From NCBI GenBank assembly GCA_050239825.1, contig JBFXGO010000006.1, positions 1 through 64,000 of the forward strand: a DNA stretch of 64,000 nucleotides, written 5' to 3'. This stretch comes from a bacterium. GTDB lineage: Bacteria > Hydrothermota > 32-111. The translations under genes were made by a program, and so were the position numbers. Below, in pieces: positions 47,630 through 58,742 of the stretch. The notes beneath the pieces were generated by a model, which worked only from the letters and a program-made list of their open reading frames with translations, did not search any database and was not told the origin of the DNA. Position 1 is the stretch's first letter. Each line of letters opens with the position of its first letter.

Positions 47630-48868
47630 ATGAAGAGGGTCGTAATAACCGGTATGGGAGTTGTATCCTCAATAGGCAACAATGTAGATGATTTCGCAAA
47701 AAACCTCTTTGCCGGAAAATCCGGCATAGGCAACATAACAAAGTTTGATGTTTCATCGTACCGCACTAAGATAGCCGGAGAAGTCAAAGACTTTAATCCG
47801 GAGCCTGTAATTAACAGGAAAGATACAAGGCGCATAGATACTGTCGCCCAGTATACTCTTGTGGCGGCTGATTCCGCCATAAGAATGGCCGGATTAGACC
47901 TTGCCTCCGCAAACAAGGAAAGATGCGGAGCAATAATAGGCAGTGGAACAGGCGGAGTGGAGACATGGGAGAAACAGCACACAGTTTTGATGAATGACGG
48001 CCCGGAAAGACTCAGTCCGTTCTTTGTTCCAATGATGATTGTCAACTCTCCGTCCGGCCAGACAGCGATAAAATTCGGATTCAAGGGTCCCAATTTTGCA
48101 GTTGTATCAGCATGCGCTTCAAGCGGACATGCGATTGCTGATGCATACAATCAGATAATTTTGGATAACGCCGATGTTATGCTCTGCGGAGGGGGAGAGG
48201 CGGCAATAACTCCACTCTCCATTGCAGGGTTCATAGCACTTCAGGCATTGTCCACAAGAAATGATCAGCCGGAGAAGGCATCCCGGCCGTTTGATGCAGA
48301 TAGGGACGGATTCATAATGGCTGAAGGAGCCGGAATCCTTCTTCTTGAAAGCTATGAACATGCAAAGAAGAGGGGCGCTCCTATACTTGCAGAGCTTACA
48401 GGTTACGGTTACAATGACGATGCATATCATATAACTGCTCCGGACGAAACAGGAGAGAGCGCGGCAAAGTGTATGGAACTGGCAATAAAGAGAAGCAACA
48501 GAAAAATTCAGGATGTTGATTATTTGAATGCACATGGCACATCGACGAAACTTAATGACCAGATGGAGACTCTTGCGGTGAAAAAATGTTTCGGCGAACA
48601 TGCATACAGTATCAACATATCCTCCACAAAATCTATGCACGGACACATGCTGGGAGCGGCATCTGCTGTTGAAGCCGTAGCCACAATTCTCGCCATAAAG
48701 AATTCAGTTGTTCCTCCGACAATAAATCAGGAGAAGAAAGACCCGGAATGCGACCTCAATTACACTCCAAACAGCGCAGTGAAGAGGGAGATAAAATTTG
48801 CACTCTCCAACTCCTTCGGTTTTGGAGGACACAATGTAACACTGGCTTTTGCTAAATTTGATGAATGA
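47630..48868 (+). CDS. fabF: Beta-ketoacyl-ACP synthase II
   Basis: SACAS, AHGTST, GHMLGA, NSFGFGG. Confidence 0.97.
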   Translation: MKRVVITGMGVVSSIGNNVDDFAKNLFAGKSGIGNITKFDVSSYRTKIAGEVKDFNPEPVINRKDTRRIDTVAQYTLVAADSAIRMAGLDLASANKERCGAIIGSGTGGVETWEKQHTVLMNDGPERLSPFFVPMMIVNSPSGQTAIKFGFKGPNFAVVSACASSGHAIADAYNQIILDNADVMLCGGGEAAITPLSIAGFIALQALSTRNDQPEKASRPFDADRDGFIMAEGAGILLLESYEHAKKRGAPILAELTGYGYNDDAYHITAPDETGESAAKCMELAIKRSNRKIQDVDYLNAHGTSTKLNDQMETLAVKKCFGEHAYSINISSTKSMHGHMLGAASAVEAVATILAIKNSVVPPTINQEKKDPECDLNYTPNSAVKREIKFALSNSFGFGGHNVTLAFAKFDE

Positions 48869-49523
48869 AAAAGAGAATCTTTCGGCGAAATTCAGGAAAC
48901 TGACAGGAATTGAATTTAAAAACGCGGATCTTCTTGTAGAGGCGGTCTCCCACAGGTCTTTTAAAAAGGATGTTTCCTACCAAAGACTTGAGTTTTTGGG
49001 AGATTCGCTTCTCTCGTTTTTCACTTCAGAATATTTTTATAAGAAATACAATCTGTTCACGGAAGGCGAACTGTCCAAGTTCCGCACCAGCATTGTGAAC
49101 AGGGATAATCTGTCTCATGTATTCACTCAGCTGAAGCTTTCAGAAATAGTATTTATAGACAGAAAATCATTTAAGAATGACATACCTCCCTCGATAAAAG
49201 AGGATGTCATTGAATCAATTCTTGCGGCAGTATATCTTGATGGCGGAATCAGAAGCGCAAAAAAGATGTTTAAAATGATAATAAAGAACTCTCACTCTGT
49301 CTCCGAGGAATTTTTTGCAAAAAATCAACTGCAGGAGCTCTCTTTAGCCCGCTATAAGGTTCTTCCCGAGTTTTTGACTGAAGAGTGCGGAGCGGAGACA
49401 TTCAATTGCAGATTATATGTAAACGGCAAATATTACTCTGAAGCGCAGGGCCGCAACAAAAAAGAGTGCGAAAAGAAGGCGGCTCTTCTTGCTCTTAGAA
49501 AACTGGAAAAGGAGCTTTTATGA
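48861..49523 (+). CDS. rnc: Ribonuclease III
   Basis: RLEFLGDS, DVIESILAAVYLD, dsRBD; start uncertain (48849 or 48861). Confidence 0.92.
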   Translation: MNEKENLSAKFRKLTGIEFKNADLLVEAVSHRSFKKDVSYQRLEFLGDSLLSFFTSEYFYKKYNLFTEGELSKFRTSIVNRDNLSHVFTQLKLSEIVFIDRKSFKNDIPPSIKEDVIESILAAVYLDGGIRSAKKMFKMIIKNSHSVSEEFFAKNQLQELSLARYKVLPEFLTEECGAETFNCRLYVNGKYYSEAQGRNKKECEKKAALLALRKLEKELL

Positions 49524-50311
49524 ATATCATTGTGTGCGTCAAGCAGGTGCCTGACACAAGTCAGATGAAATTTGATCCCGAGACAAAGACTATTGTAAGG
49601 GAGAATGTGGAGAATATTGTCAATCCGTTTGACCTTTACGCGGTCGAAGAGGCATTGCGCATAAAGGAAAAGTTCCCCGACTCAAAAGTCACAGCAGTGT
49701 GCATGGGGCCGAAGCAGGCAGAGAATGCGCTGAGAGAGGTTATTTCAATGGGCGCGGATTCCGCTGTTCTCGTTTCGGATAAATCATTTGCGGCATCGGA
49801 CACATTGGCTACCAGTTATATTCTTTCAGAGGCAGTGAAAAAGATAGGCTCTTATGACATTATTCTTTTCGGAAAGATGGCAATAGACGGAGACACTGCT
49901 CAGGTGGGTCCCGGAGTTGCATCTCTGCTGAATATTCCCCAGATAACTTTCGTAAGAAAAATAGAAGAGATAACTGAGACGAAAATAATTGCTGAGAGGG
50001 CTTTGGAGACAGGGTACGAAACTCTTGAAGTGGAGCTACCCTGCGTTCTCACATGCATCAAAGAGCTCAATGAACCGAGACTTCCCTCCCTCAGAGGGAA
50101 AATGAAGGCGAAGAAAGAGGAGATTCCTGTGTGGAGCGCCGAGTTTCTCGGAATTGACCTTGCAAGATGCGGATTCAAAGGTTCTCCCACTTGGGTTGTA
50201 AAGGCATTCTCTCCCACAATAACAAAAGAAAACATGATCTTTAAATCTGAAAACCAGAGGGAGAATGTGGAAAATCTTGTGGCGAAACTCAAAGAGAAGG
50301 CAGTAATATAA
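49520..50311 (+). CDS. etfB: Electron transfer flavoprotein beta subunit
   Basis: CVKQVPD, NPFD, DTLATS, AIDGDTAQVGP. Confidence 0.95.
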   Translation: MNIIVCVKQVPDTSQMKFDPETKTIVRENVENIVNPFDLYAVEEALRIKEKFPDSKVTAVCMGPKQAENALREVISMGADSAVLVSDKSFAASDTLATSYILSEAVKKIGSYDIILFGKMAIDGDTAQVGPGVASLLNIPQITFVRKIEEITETKIIAERALETGYETLEVELPCVLTCIKELNEPRLPSLRGKMKAKKEEIPVWSAEFLGIDLARCGFKGSPTWVVKAFSPTITKENMIFKSENQRENVENLVAKLKEKAVI

Positions 50312-50320
50312 GGAGAAAAT

Positions 50321-51331
50321 ATGAATGAAAATATAAATGATTACAAGGGAGTTCTTGTATTTGCTGAGCAGAGAAATGGTCAAGTTGAAAGCGTCACTTA
50401 TGAACTTTTAAACAAAGCTATCGAATTGGCAGGCAAGAGAAAAACATTTGTGATGGCCGCTATTCTCGGGCATGAACAGAAGAATAATGCGGAGATGCTT
50501 ATAAAGAGGGGAGCAGATAAGGTTATACTCGCAGATTCTATGGACCTTTTGAATTTTACGGATACTACATACGCAAATGTTCTGTCAGACATTATTTTGA
50601 AGCACAAGCCGGAGATAGTTCTTGCAGGCTCCACAAACTTGGGAAGATCGCTTCTTCCGCGCGTGGCGGCAAAGCTTAAAACAGGGCTTACTGCCGACTG
50701 CACCGAGCTTGACATTGATCCGGCAGACGGCAAACTCCTGCAGACGCGTCCTGCGGCGGGTGGATCGATCATGGCAACGATAGTGACTCCCAATTCAAGG
50801 CCGCAGATGTCAACTGTAAGACATAAAGTATTCAAGGAGACTTCCATTGACGAACAGAGAAAGGGAGAGATAGAAAATTTTGAAGTAAAGGAAGAGCATA
50901 TAGACAGAAAGACAAAATATCTGGGATTCAAGAAGGACGAAACACAAACCGTCAATCTCTCCGATGCTGATGTAATAGTATCAGGAGGAAGAGGGCTCAA
51001 ACAGCCGGAAAACTTCAAACTTGTGCAGTCGCTTGCAGATGTCCTTAACGGAGCGGTTGGAGCATCACGACCGGTAATCGACGACGGCTGGATGCCATTC
51101 TCGCATCAGGTGGGACAGACAGGAAAGACTGTCTCTCCCAAAATATATGTTGCCTTGGGAATCTCGGGGGCAATACAGCATATAGCAGGCATGAAGTCAT
51201 CGGATGTAATTATAGCTATAAACAAAGACGAAAATGCGCCCATATTCCAAATAGCTGATTACGGAATAGTGGGAGATTTGTTTGAGGTTGTGCCCATTCT
51301 TTCGGAGAAATTAAAGGAACTTGGCAGATAA
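50321..51331 (+). CDS. etfA: Electron transfer flavoprotein alpha subunit
   Basis: GLTADCT, QTRPAAGG, QVGQTGK, GISGAIQH. Confidence 0.95.
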   Translation: MNENINDYKGVLVFAEQRNGQVESVTYELLNKAIELAGKRKTFVMAAILGHEQKNNAEMLIKRGADKVILADSMDLLNFTDTTYANVLSDIILKHKPEIVLAGSTNLGRSLLPRVAAKLKTGLTADCTELDIDPADGKLLQTRPAAGGSIMATIVTPNSRPQMSTVRHKVFKETSIDEQRKGEIENFEVKEEHIDRKTKYLGFKKDETQTVNLSDADVIVSGGRGLKQPENFKLVQSLADVLNGAVGASRPVIDDGWMPFSHQVGQTGKTVSPKIYVALGISGAIQHIAGMKSSDVIIAINKDENAPIFQIADYGIVGDLFEVVPILSEKLKELGR

Positions 51332-52031
51332 TCTCAAAATCAGCGCCATGTTTCCCTGTTATAATGACAGCGGAACAATCATCTCTCTTGTGAAAGATAT
51401 TTCAAGAGAGCTTGAAAAGCATTGTTCTGATTTTGAAGTGATTGTGGTTGATGACTGTTCAAAAGACAATTCGAGGGAACTTCTGCTGAAAGAAAAAGAA
51501 GCCAATAAAAAACTTGTGCTTGTTTTTCATGAAAAGAACAAAGGATACGGAGAGACGATTCTTGACGGAATGAATACTGCAAAGTTTCCATATTTCTTTT
51601 ATACGGACGGAGACGGACAATATTCGGTGAAGGACATTGGAATTCTTATAAAATCAATGAATGAAGACACTATTCTTGCAAACGGATACAAGATAACGAG
51701 AAACGACCCGTTATACAGGATAATAATAGGGAGAATGTACAATCTCTTTATGAAATTTTTCTTCGGCATAAAACTTAAAGATATAGACTGCGATTTCAGG
51801 ATAATAAAGAAGGATATTTTTGACGGTGAAGAGTTTTTTTCAAAGTCGGGCACTATATGCGTCGAGATGGTGAAGAGAATAGAGCTGAAGACAAAAAAAA
51901 TCAAAGAGGCGCCGGTCAGTCATTTCGAAAGAGAGTACGGAACTTCGCAATTCTTCAATTTTAGCAGGCTCTTCTTTGTATTTTTTCATGTGCTGAAGCT
52001 GTGGCATCTTCTAATAGCCAAAAGAAAGTAG
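51321..52031 (+). CDS. GT2 glycosyltransferase, polyprenol-phosphate type
   Basis: PCYN, VVDDCSKD, NKGYG, TDGDGQY, DIDCDF. Confidence 0.9.
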   Translation: MADNLKISAMFPCYNDSGTIISLVKDISRELEKHCSDFEVIVVDDCSKDNSRELLLKEKEANKKLVLVFHEKNKGYGETILDGMNTAKFPYFFYTDGDGQYSVKDIGILIKSMNEDTILANGYKITRNDPLYRIIIGRMYNLFMKFFFGIKLKDIDCDFRIIKKDIFDGEEFFSKSGTICVEMVKRIELKTKKIKEAPVSHFEREYGTSQFFNFSRLFFVFFHVLKLWHLLIAKRK

Positions 52032-52039
52032 AGGTGTGA

Positions 52040-53020
52040 ATGAACAAGTCAAAGAAGATTGTTTCCGTGCTGGTAGCGGGTGGTGAGGGCTTTATCGGCT
52101 ACAACCTGTCGAGACATCTTTCGGAGAGGGGATACGAAGTCACTGTGATTGACTCGGAGAATCCGATGAGCGGATTTAACAGATTTCACAGGTCCTCTCT
52201 CGAAAAAATTAATGTCAGGATAATCAAAGATACAATAGGGAATATTTCAAAGTATGAAGATGCGGTGAAAAAAGCCGATGCTATTTTCAACTGCGCCGCT
52301 CTGATAAGCCATCTGGATTCAATCAAGAATCCCATACTTGACATAGAGAATAACACCATTGAACAGATACGATTCATTGACTTTATAAAGCAGTATCCGA
52401 AGAAAAGAATAATTTACACTTCAACCCGACAGGTTTACGGAAGACAGGAGAAATTTCCGGTGAGAGAGGATGCGCCTGTAAATCCGGTTGATTCAAACGG
52501 AATTAACAAATATACAACGGAACTCTATTATACTCTGTATTCAAAACTCTACTCTCTCAACTCAGCAGTGCTGAGATTGACAAACATTTACGGTCCGGGG
52601 ATGCACATTCGAGACAAGAGATTGTCTTTCATCGGTTGGTTCATGAACAGATGTGTCACCAACAATCCGATAGAGCTTTACGGCGAGGGAAGGCAGATGA
52701 GGGATATGCTCTACATAGATGATTTGTGCGCGACTCTTGCATCGGCAATGGAGAGCGACTGTAAGGGAATAGTAAATGTGGGGAGCGATAATTCTGTATC
52801 TTTGAGGGAGATTGCAGAAATTTTGAAGGAGAATAATCCCAAGATTTCTATTCTGAACATCAATTTTCCCGAAGAGATAAAGAAGATTGACATAGGAGAT
52901 TTCAGCACCGACAATACTCTTGCCAAGAAGTTTTTCAATCATGCCGAAAAAATCTCTTTGAGGGAAGGGTTGAATAAAACAGTCGAATATTATAACAAAC
53001 ATAAAGGATACTATCTATGA
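52040..53020 (+). CDS. NAD-dependent epimerase/dehydratase
   Basis: GGEGFIG, TSTRQVYG, RLTNIYGP; YxxxK appears as NGINK. Confidence 0.85.
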   Translation: MNKSKKIVSVLVAGGEGFIGYNLSRHLSERGYEVTVIDSENPMSGFNRFHRSSLEKINVRIIKDTIGNISKYEDAVKKADAIFNCAALISHLDSIKNPILDIENNTIEQIRFIDFIKQYPKKRIIYTSTRQVYGRQEKFPVREDAPVNPVDSNGINKYTTELYYTLYSKLYSLNSAVLRLTNIYGPGMHIRDKRLSFIGWFMNRCVTNNPIELYGEGRQMRDMLYIDDLCATLASAMESDCKGIVNVGSDNSVSLREIAEILKENNPKISILNINFPEEIKKIDIGDFSTDNTLAKKFFNHAEKISLREGLNKTVEYYNKHKGYYL

Positions 53021-54084
53021 TACCGTTTTCATGCCTTAACAGGGACATTGAAGAGCTTGATGAAATATCAAAACACCTTGATCTGTTTATAAGGAAAGGA
53101 AAGTATATCCTCGGCGACATCCTGCTTTCATTTGAGAAGTCATTTGCGGAATTTACGGGGCACAGATATGCTGTAGGAACAGGCAATGCCACGGATGCTC
53201 TCTATCTCATTTTCCGAGTTCTTAATCTTAAGAGAATAGGCATTTGTGCGGCAAGTCCGCTTCCCTGCGGACAGGCCATAAAGATGGCTGATGCGGAGAT
53301 GGTTCTCTTTGATGCGGAGAATGAAGGAGGTCTTTTAGACATTAAGAAATTCAAAGAAGACAAGAGAAAGATTGATTCTCTTCTTGCAGTTCACCTGTAT
53401 GGTCAGGCAGAGAGGACTGACGAACTCAAGAAAATATGCGAAGAAAAAAAAATCTCTCTGATAGAAGACTGTTCTCAGTCAGTTGGCACATATATCGGCG
53501 GAAAGCACACTGGAAAATTCAGTATTCTCTCTGCATTCTCATTCTATCCGACAAAAAATCTTGGCGGATTCGGCGACGGAGGGATGATAATGACTGATGA
53601 CAAAGATATGTATGATAAACTTGTGAAGATGCGCAATTATGGACAGATTTCAGTTTATTCAGCGCAAACTGAGGGTATAAATTCCCGCCTTGATGATATT
53701 CAGGCAGTGATACTCCTTGTAAAAATGAAGAGCATAATAAGAAAGAATGAAAGAAGAAGAGCCATACTTGAAAGATATAAAAACGAAATAGAAAATAAAA
53801 AAATACTTCTTCCTCCCAAGAGATACTTTGAAACTTCAAATGGACACTTGATGCCTATATTTACAGAGAACAGAGAGATACTGAAGGAGCATCTTTTGAA
53901 GATGAATGTTTCAACAGCGGTTCATTACCCGCATCCTCTTCACAAACAGGAGTATTTCAAGCAGGATGTATCGCTTCCGGTATCCGAATCATTATCGCAG
54001 AGAGAGCTTACAATTCCTTCATTCAGCGAACTTACCGATGAGGAAGTGAGTCAAATTATCAAAGCATTAAACTCTTATGAATGA
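53017..54084 (+). CDS. DegT/DnrJ/EryC1/StrS sugar aminotransferase
   Basis: VHLYGQ, EDCSQ, SFYPTKNLGGFGDGG, NSRLD. Confidence 0.92.
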   Translation: MIPFSCLNRDIEELDEISKHLDLFIRKGKYILGDILLSFEKSFAEFTGHRYAVGTGNATDALYLIFRVLNLKRIGICAASPLPCGQAIKMADAEMVLFDAENEGGLLDIKKFKEDKRKIDSLLAVHLYGQAERTDELKKICEEKKISLIEDCSQSVGTYIGGKHTGKFSILSAFSFYPTKNLGGFGDGGMIMTDDKDMYDKLVKMRNYGQISVYSAQTEGINSRLDDIQAVILLVKMKSIIRKNERRRAILERYKNEIENKKILLPPKRYFETSNGHLMPIFTENREILKEHLLKMNVSTAVHYPHPLHKQEYFKQDVSLPVSESLSQRELTIPSFSELTDEEVSQIIKALNSYE

Positions 54085-54805
54085 CAGAGAATTCATCTCG
54101 ATGAAGAAAACAGAGGACAAGCACTTTTGGTTTGTCCACAAGAGGCGTCTGATAAACCATTTCATAGGCAAATATGCGAAAACAGATTCATTGAAGGTCT
54201 TCGATTCGGGGTGCGGCACAGGCAGGGACATCTATGATTTCAAAGATGGAATAGGAATGGACATAAGCTTCAACGGGCTAATGCTCTGCGGTGAAAACTG
54301 CAGAATGAAGGTCTGCGGAAGCGTTAATGAAATTCCTTTTAAAAGCTCTTCGTTTGATGTGCTTCTCTCAATGGATGTTCTTCAGCATGAAGGGGTTGAT
54401 GAAAAAAATGCCGTAAGGGAATATTCAAGAGTTTTGAAAAAAAACGGTATAGTTATACTCAATCTGCCTGCTATAGATTCGATATACTCATACCATGATT
54501 TTTCAGTCGAGACAAGGCACCGATACTCCCGCATGGAGATAAAGAGGCTTTTGAAAAGCGATTTTGAAATAATGGAGATGGTGTTCTGGAACGGAATATT
54601 CTTTTTACCCGGAGTATTCTCACGCACTATTATCTCAAAACTTGACAGTTATGTGCAGAAGTCGGATGTTTCTGAGGTTTCGAAAACGACAAATCTGGCA
54701 GGGGATATAGGATTGAGAATTGAATCAATTTTTACCCTTTCGGGCATATTGCCAGTCGGCTTCTCCCTTCTCACTGTCGGAAAAAAAAGAAACAAAAGGG
54801 CATAG
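54077..54805 (+). CDS. Class I SAM-dependent methyltransferase
   Basis: [19 protein letters not shown]. Confidence 0.85.
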   Translation: MNDREFISMKKTEDKHFWFVHKRRLINHFIGKYAKTDSLKVFDSGCGTGRDIYDFKDGIGMDISFNGLMLCGENCRMKVCGSVNEIPFKSSSFDVLLSMDVLQHEGVDEKNAVREYSRVLKKNGIVILNLPAIDSIYSYHDFSVETRHRYSRMEIKRLLKSDFEIMEMVFWNGIFFLPGVFSRTIISKLDSYVQKSDVSEVSKTTNLAGDIGLRIESIFTLSGILPVGFSLLTVGKKRNKRA

Positions 54806-54813
54806 GTGATTTA

Positions 54814-56388
54814 ATGGACAAGAAAAGAGTTGTGATAATAGGCGGAGGTCCTGCCGGACTAACTGCCGCGAATCTTCTTTCAAAAAATGAAAATTACGAT
54901 ATAATTATTTTTGAAAAAGAAAACTTGCTGGGGGGCATAGCCAAAACTGTTGTATACAAGGGTAACAGGATAGACATTGGCGGACACAGATTCTTTTCGA
55001 AATCCGATTGGGTGATGGATTTCTGGAAATCAAAATTCCCGATACAAGGCAGACCTTCCAAGGATGACATTATTCTGAATAGGGATGTCAATCTGTCGAA
55101 GGAGGCGGGTGCGCCCGACCCTGAAAAAGAGAGCAAAACCATGCTTGTGAGAAACAGGCTTTCAAGAATCTTTTACCTCAGATCTTTTTTTGATTATCCT
55201 GTTTCTCTTAATCTGAACACGATAAAAAATCTTGGTTTTATAAGAATGTTAAGAATAGGTGTTAGTTACTTGGCAATAAAAGCTAATCCGATAAAAAATG
55301 AAAAATCTTTAGAAGATTTTTTCATTAACCGATTCGGAAAGGAACTTTATAAGACATTCTTTAAGGATTATACTGAAAAAGTTTGGGGAATGAAATGCAC
55401 TGAAATTGAACCCGAGTGGGGAGCCCAAAGGGTAAAAGGCCTTGATATTACAAAGACGATACTCCATGCAGTCAAAAAAGTTTTTGCGAGGGAGCATGAT
55501 ATAAGTCAGAAATCCACAGAGACGAGTTTGATAGAGCAGTTTCTTTACCCAAAACTCGGACCCGGTCAGTTATGGGAGTATGTGGCGGAAGAGGCAATAA
55601 AAAACAATGTTAAAATAATCTTGAATGCAGAAATTGTCTCCATAGGAAGTTCGGACCACATCATCAAAAATGTGAGAGTAAAAGATGCATCTTCAAATCA
55701 GGAGAAGGATTACGAATGCGACATTCTTATCTCAACAATGCCGATAAAAAATCTGGTAGAGGCAATGGGAGAGGCGGCGGAAGAAGATGTCAAGAGAGTT
55801 GCTTCCGGACTTCAATACAGGGACTTTCTCACTGTCGGACTGCTAATGAAAAAACTCAAAATTGAGAATAAAACAAACAAGCGCACTATGAACAATATTA
55901 TCCCGGACAACTGGATTTATATACAGGAGAGAGATGTGAAGGTCGGCAGGGTGCAGATATTCAACAACTGGTCTCCGTATCTTGTCAAGGATTTAGACAA
56001 TATCTGGATGGGTCTTGAATACTTTGTCTCTGAGAATGACGAATTGAGTTCGAAATCAGATGCAGAGATGATAAATTTCGCTGTGAATGAGATGGAGAAG
56101 ATAGGTTTTTTAAACAGAGAGGATGTCATAGATTCGACAATATTAAGGATGGAGAAGGCGTATCCTGCTTACTTCGGCACATATGCCTATCTTGATAAAG
56201 TGAAGGATTGGTCACTGAGATTTGAAAATCTTTACCTTATAGGAAGAAACGGAATGCACAGATACAACAATATGGACCATTCCATGCTCTCTGCAAAGGC
56301 GGCTGTCGAGTCCATACTGAATGGATTTACAAAAAAAGCGGATATCTGGAGCATAAATACAGAGGAGGAGTATCATGAAAAGAAGTGA
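54814..56388 (+). CDS. FAD-dependent oxidoreductase (UDP-galactopyranose mutase/HemY-like fold)
   Basis: [42 protein letters not shown]. Confidence 0.8.
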   Translation: MDKKRVVIIGGGPAGLTAANLLSKNENYDIIIFEKENLLGGIAKTVVYKGNRIDIGGHRFFSKSDWVMDFWKSKFPIQGRPSKDDIILNRDVNLSKEAGAPDPEKESKTMLVRNRLSRIFYLRSFFDYPVSLNLNTIKNLGFIRMLRIGVSYLAIKANPIKNEKSLEDFFINRFGKELYKTFFKDYTEKVWGMKCTEIEPEWGAQRVKGLDITKTILHAVKKVFAREHDISQKSTETSLIEQFLYPKLGPGQLWEYVAEEAIKNNVKIILNAEIVSIGSSDHIIKNVRVKDASSNQEKDYECDILISTMPIKNLVEAMGEAAEEDVKRVASGLQYRDFLTVGLLMKKLKIENKTNKRTMNNIIPDNWIYIQERDVKVGRVQIFNNWSPYLVKDLDNIWMGLEYFVSENDELSSKSDAEMINFAVNEMEKIGFLNREDVIDSTILRMEKAYPAYFGTYAYLDKVKDWSLRFENLYLIGRNGMHRYNNMDHSMLSAKAAVESILNGFTKKADIWSINTEEEYHEKK

Positions 56389-57904
56389 AAAAATCCTTTT
56401 GACGGCGATAAATCTGTCTTATTTTCTTTTATTTATAATTCTCCTTCCTTTTTACAGGCATCAGATAAATCCGGATTCAATATCTCTGATAAACATAGCA
56501 AACAAGTATTTAAGCGGCGAATTTATGCTTGCTGTCAACGGATACTGGCCTCCTCTTATTTCATGGCTTCTATCCTTTTTTATGCTCGTTTTCAAAAATC
56601 CGATAATTGCTTTCAAAGCCCTCTCTTTCTTTGTCGGTCTCTTTGCCCTGTTTTCTTTTAACAGGCTTTTATCGGCGTTGAAAACAAGCTTTACGGCGAA
56701 GACTCTCTCTCTTGCGGCTTCTGTGGCGGGTGTCCTCTATTTTTCTCTCACGGTAGCGTCTTCCGACCTTCTTGCCGCATCCCTGATGCTCTATTATCTC
56801 TCTCTTATCATTGAAGAAAACTCTTTCAAAAACAGATTTTTTTTTCTGAAAGTGGGTATTGTGGGAGTTCTTCTCTACTTTTCTAAAACCTACGGATTCT
56901 ATTTTTTCATCTTTCACTTTTTATTCGCGGCTCTGATGGAAGCTCTTTCGGGAAAGGAGAAGGTGAGGACAGTGAGAGTCTCTGTATTTGCCCTTCTCGT
57001 TTTTTCCCTTTTGTCCGCCGCCTGGATTGCGCCTATAAGCATTAAATACGGTGTTTTCACTATCGGCACTACAGGAAAGTTCAATTATGCGTCATTCGGA
57101 CCCGATGCGGCGGCTGTGCGTAGGCCTTACATTCATGCAATGGCGATTCCAGATTCAATGAGCACAAGCAATTGGGATGACCCTTCAAATGTTTATGAAG
57201 AAGCATGGAGCCCCTTCTCTTCCAAAGAGAATATTCTGCATCAGGCAAAGCTTCTGAAAAAAAACATACCATGGATGATTGACCTGTACAATTCATTCTC
57301 ATATCTCTCCCTTCTGATTATAGCGGCGTCCCTTCTGTTGCTCTTCATGGGCAGGAGGAGAGAGCAGATTCTGATTCTTCTTTCTGCCTCACTGCTCTCA
57401 TCGGCTGGATATTTAATGATTGCATTTGAGCAGAGGTATCTTTGGGTCAATTTTTTCATACTGATACTTCTGTCGGTTATAATACTTGATGAATTGAAAA
57501 TGAAGGAGAGAGCCAAGACTGTTGCGCTTGCATTGATTCTGTTGACTTTCTTGATAATGCCCTTGAGAAATCTTTACTCCGACCTAAATGTAAACAAAGA
57601 CATTTATGATTCGTACATGAGTCTTGACAAAAAAGATGTGAAGGGGAATACTGCTTCGGATTCAAACAGGGCATTCATGACAATACTCTCTTTCTATCTG
57701 AAAAATCACTATTATGGCGCATTCGGAAAGGAGATAGACCAAGAGACATTTCAAAAGGAACTGAATGATAATAAAATAGAATACTATTATCTTTTTGACA
57801 GGAAAGACACTGCTCTGATAGATGTACTGAAAGAAAATTGGGAAATACATCATGAGTCGGAGAGGTTCACCGTACTGAAAAGAACAGATGCCAAAAAAGA
57901 ATGA
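56375..57904 (+). CDS. Polytopic membrane protein, GT-C-like
   Basis: NPDSISL loop, NGYWPPL; many TM segments. Confidence 0.65.
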   Translation: MKRSEKILLTAINLSYFLLFIILLPFYRHQINPDSISLINIANKYLSGEFMLAVNGYWPPLISWLLSFFMLVFKNPIIAFKALSFFVGLFALFSFNRLLSALKTSFTAKTLSLAASVAGVLYFSLTVASSDLLAASLMLYYLSLIIEENSFKNRFFFLKVGIVGVLLYFSKTYGFYFFIFHFLFAALMEALSGKEKVRTVRVSVFALLVFSLLSAAWIAPISIKYGVFTIGTTGKFNYASFGPDAAAVRRPYIHAMAIPDSMSTSNWDDPSNVYEEAWSPFSSKENILHQAKLLKKNIPWMIDLYNSFSYLSLLIIAASLLLLFMGRRREQILILLSASLLSSAGYLMIAFEQRYLWVNFFILILLSVIILDELKMKERAKTVALALILLTFLIMPLRNLYSDLNVNKDIYDSYMSLDKKDVKGNTASDSNRAFMTILSFYLKNHYYGAFGKEIDQETFQKELNDNKIEYYYLFDRKDTALIDVLKENWEIHHESERFTVLKRTDAKKE

Positions 57905-58742
57905 TTCAATTCTTTTGGAGGTTCCCGACCTCCTGCTTCGCTCAAAACTCATACTGAAGGGATACCTTTCCGGGATTCACTCAGTGCCTTACAAGGGCGC
58001 ATCTGCCGAATTTTCTCAGTATAGAGAATATGTTCTCGGAGATGATTATGACAGAATTGATTGGAAGGCTTACATGAGAAGCGGCAGATACTATGTCAAA
58101 GAGAGTGATAATGAGTCGAATACCGGAATGTCATTTCTTCTTGATGCAAGCGCTTCAATGGCATTTGCGGGAAAATTTGAGTATGCGAAGACACTTGCAT
58201 TTCTTTTCTCTTACATCTGCGCAAAACAGAATGATTCATTTTCCTATGCGGTTTTTTCTGATAAACTGCACATTTACAGAAAAGCTGGCACTGGAAGAAA
58301 AGCTATTTATGACGCAGGACGGGATATCTCATTGCGGACTCCGGGAGGAGAGACAAATTTAGCTCCGATTCTTGAGAAAATTTTTGAGAAGATAAAAGAA
58401 TCATCATTTCTTATACTTATTTCAGATTTGGGGGACAATGAAGAGAAGCTTATTGAATTGATGGCGCGGATGAGAGTGAAAAAACACGATTCAATAATCT
58501 TCCATCTTTCAAGCAGGCTTGAAGAGAGCCGGGAAATACTTGACAAAGAATCTCTCAGGGATATTGAGACCGGGTCTCTCTCGCAAGGCGGAGGATATCG
58601 TGAGAGGATAGATGCAATAAAGGAGAGAAATAAAAAAATAAATGACTTATCTTTGGAGAGAGGCATAGATTACAATCATGTTTATGTAGAGGACGGATTC
58701 AATGCTCCTCTTTCAAAATTTTTTAGCAGAAGGAATCAATGA
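57888..58742 (+). CDS. DUF58 (vWA-like, MoxR-associated) protein
   Basis: EFSQYREY..GDD..IDWK, LDASASM, ISD. Confidence 0.88.
   Translation: MPKKNDSILLEVPDLLLRSKLILKGYLSGIHSVPYKGASAEFSQYREYVLGDDYDRIDWKAYMRSGRYYVKESDNESNTGMSFLLDASASMAFAGKFEYAKTLAFLFSYICAKQNDSFSYAVFSDKLHIYRKAGTGRKAIYDAGRDISLRTPGGETNLAPILEKIFEKIKESSFLILISDLGDNEEKLIELMARMRVKKHDSIIFHLSSRLEESREILDKESLRDIETGSLSQGGGYRERIDAIKERNKKINDLSLERGIDYNHVYVEDGFNAPLSKFFSRRNQ

Noticed and set aside
47269..48150. Long antisense ORFs (293 aa here; also 11345-12067, 50398-51018, 59098-59724)
   Set aside because: They shadow well-supported genes on the opposite strand and have no recognisable motifs.
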